A stretch of DNA of 64,000 bases from Selaginella moellendorffii (taxonomy: Eukaryota > Plantae > Lycopodiophyta): the NCBI RefSeq assembly GCF_000143415.4, contig NW_003314340.1:251772-315771 (forward strand), given 5' to 3'. Positions within the stretch are counted from its first letter, which is position 1, and each line of letters opens with the position of its first letter. The position numbers were made by a program, and so were the translations under genes. Positions 60,880 through 64,000 of the stretch are shown one piece after another. Under the pieces are notes generated by a model. The model was not told the origin of the DNA. It did not search any database and worked only from the letters and a program-made list of their open reading frames with translations.

Positions 60880-63800
60880 TTTTATACATATTATCTATAG
60901 AAGATGCCACAATCACTATGAGTTATGTTTCGATTGAAATCCTATAGCTCTAATGAGTTAGTGTGACCTTTAAATGTTGAAGAGGTTGGAGAAGAAAGTC
61001 AAATTATTGCAAAACCCATCACTATTAGTTGTTGTATATGAGTATTGTGGATCTTGAGAAAGGCTTTCAGAATGTCTAGAGAAGGTGTCATGGCTAAAAA
61101 CAAGTTCTAAATTATTGCTGCTATGTTTATATTTATTATAGCAAGAGTATATAATAAAGGATATGTGCCTTGGAAAAGTTTTTGTAAAGATAAGATGAAT
61201 CCAATATAGGGGGTATAAGCTCCAAGAGAAAAAAAAAGTCTCACTCCACAAGCTCATACTTCATTAATAATATAAATACTTATAATCCTTGAGTATGGAA
61301 CTTATCTAGTGGCCATGGTTGCACCTCTATGGAATTCTGATTTTCCATGTGCTTAAGAGGTTGATCATGTCAACATAAAGGATGGCAAGTGAAAGCTTAG
61401 ATGAACTATGTCCAACACCTTTAACTACATCAAGGGAGTTTGTAAGATGTTGTCCTATGTCTCACCCTAATTTGATGCCATTATAGTTTTGCTTTCTTCC
61501 TCCTTAGGCATTTGCAAAATATATAGAATCTTGACTAGATCTCACATTTCTTGAAGCCCAAGCAAGTGTGACTGGTTATAGTGAATAGAGCAAGAGTCTA
61601 AAAGTGAGACTATCTAAATGGGATGGAAAAGTCTAATTATGTTGCATTGTAACATCTTGAACTCCAACTTCGTATCATTGCTAAGACTTGTTGGCCAAGA
61701 TGAAGATTTTGATTAGGTTAGTATCAACTATAACACTTCATGTGATGCAAGAGTATATCCTTTGGTACTGAAGATTGTCACTTGCCCATTACTTCATCCA
61801 ATTTGCATCTAGTTATGCTCAAAGTCAAAGAAGCATAGAGTTGTGTCTAGCCATGGCTGACTAAGGATGATAAACTGGATGATCCCAAGGAATTATAGTC
61901 CATATTAAGAAAGTCAACAATGGACCCATGGCTATGACTCAGGACAAGAACATCATATCTATAGGAGCTATTATGTAATCAGCAAAAAATTTAATGACCT
62001 TTAAGTACTCTATAATATGTTTCTAAGCCACTGTCAAGATAAAGATGTTGGTTGCCAAGTTTGATTTTATAAAAGCCTTCACATTTATGTGAGGGGGTTC
62101 ATTGTAATGTGGTGTTAGTGATGGGGATAGGAGCCATGTCAAAAGCTGTAGATGAAGCCTCTCCACCAAGAAAATTTGCTAAAACCTCAAGTTGTTGAAG
62201 AAGACTTGGGAATTGATGGCAAAGCTCATCAACAATCACTGTTGTTATTATCTACTCCATGAAATTACTTTGGCTATTATCTAGTGTCCCTAAGAATCTT
62301 CCTCATTAATAGAATTTGGGCCATGTGCAAATATCAAACCCACCTCACTTATTACAGTATTGAGGAATGGAAGATAAAAGTTTTGAAGTTTAAACATGTT
62401 TCCACTATACACACAATATTTAAGACATAATATCACTCACTCATGAAAATCATAGAAAAGGATTTCAAAATCAATAAACTAAAGAAAAGATAGCTAAAGT
62501 GTTATGATTCCATAATAAACTATCATATAGTGATATTGATTGAGGTACTAGACTCAATATTGTAAGGAACACTAGTAAGTGCAAGTCAACTAATTGTCAA
62601 ATAATTTTTTTCTTTGGTCTATGTGCACATGAATTAGTTTCTCAACTAGCTTAAGTAGATATTTAATGCAACACTATTGACTAAGAATGCACACTCGAGT
62701 AATGTAAGTTAATGTAAATATTGTAAATTATGATTTGATATAATCTATATTAATATTATATATTAAAAGGTCAAAAGTGCCTAACTAGAAGCATAAGATC
62801 AATGCATAGATACCAATCACAACATACACTAATAAATTATAATACCTAAAATGACATCATTAACATTCACTCATAAATATAAGTTCCATAAGAGCAGTGT
62901 AGAGGATAAAGAGGGATTTTACCTCTGCCTTAAATATGAAATATTCTAGGGAATCTCACTAAAAATTTTCACAAAAATGGTAACTTTATATATTTACCAA
63001 TATATAAATAAAATTGCTGTGCATTGCATTGCAGTAACGCTTGGTTTGCTTTTTCTTTTAAATATTTTTTATTATGATATACAATTTGTTATGATCTGTC
63101 CAATATACAGGTGCTATTCCTGCTATATACTATATCTTTTATCCATATATGATCTATTAGTTTATTATTACATGTATTGTGTTTTATTATTTGTATGTAT
63201 CCTTCTTTCTCCATTATTGTTTGAAGTGGTTTTGCTTCTTCTTTTTAATAGTCAATATTGAAATCTCCTGTAATTATTACTGGTTTTTTATTATCTATTT
63301 TCTGTATATATTTTTGCAGTTGTTTTATGAATATTTGTATATTTGTTCCAGATTTTCTATGTAAATTTATTATCTGTAAAAAAAATTTCTTCTAGTGATG
63401 TATATGACATTGCTATTGTTTTTGTTTTTAAATGCTCTACTATTTCTGATTTATAGTCATTTGTATACAATATTGCTATATGTGATATATGATTTATATT
63501 TATTAAAATATATAATCTCATGTTTTGGTGTTCTTACTTCTTGCATACATATTATATTTGATGTTAATAATTGTGAATCACTCTTTATATCTTCTTGATG
63601 TGCAGTAATAGATATTGTGTTTAGAACTTGTATAATTGTTTGGTTAGCTATTTTTCTTCTTGTAAATCTATTAAATCATGCTATGGTGATTCTTTTGTCA
63701 TTCTTATTATTTCTTTAGTTGCATCTTTATTGATTTTAATATGTTTATGTTCAATTGGTCTATATAAATGTATACCTTTTAGTGTTTGTGCTCTTGATAA

Positions 63801-64000
63801 CCCTGTATATGCTTGTCTTGGATATTTTGTTTTTTATGGGTCATATCCTAATTGTATAACTGTTGATCCTTGTGCTCTATGTATTGTTCTTTTTGCACAT
63901 GGTTGTACTGGAAATTGGGTTTTACTTATAACATAATTCTTATTTTTAGTAATATCTATTATTCTTTTTTTTATTAGTGTCCAGTTTTATTACGTATTTT

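Noticed and set aside
59450-64000. Genes in the AT-rich right end
   Set aside because: Only short low-complexity ORFs. 61250-62400 may be decayed coding sequence, but I could not assign it.

Overview
Eukaryotic land-plant genomic DNA: short GT-AG introns and TTTAGGG motifs; a lycophyte such as Selaginella is a plausible but unverified source. Bases ~400-44150 form a seven-layer nested transposon island, and most layers have readable target-site duplications (TSDs): old Ty3/gypsy pol > minus-strand gypsy (1228-43798) > LTR family Y > gypsy (3325-35225, TSD CAGAT) > ~12.4-kb TIR DNA transposon copy B (5113-30939, TSD CTCG) > inverted copy A of the same element (5342-18808, TSD TATT) > Cassandra/LTR composite (9458-10907, TSD CAGTG). 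The DNA transposon has 24-bp TIRs and two divergent genes. One is a 1022-aa Sola-like DDD transposase. The other is a ~1,580-aa multi-exon accessory gene with, by motif reading, ParB/Srx-like, degenerate N6/N4 DNA-methyltransferase-like and FCP1/SCP-like phosphatase domains. About 20 copies of a 22-bp palindrome (ATGGCATG-nGGCCn-CATGCCAT) are spread through the element, mainly in introns. This gene-plus-palindrome combination is the best candidate for an undescribed system. Bases ~46-59 kb hold host genes: a 10-Cys hevein-like peptide, FAM136A-like, a TMK-type LRR receptor kinase, an F-box protein and a coiled-coil gene. All domain calls come from reading motifs by eye; no searches were run.
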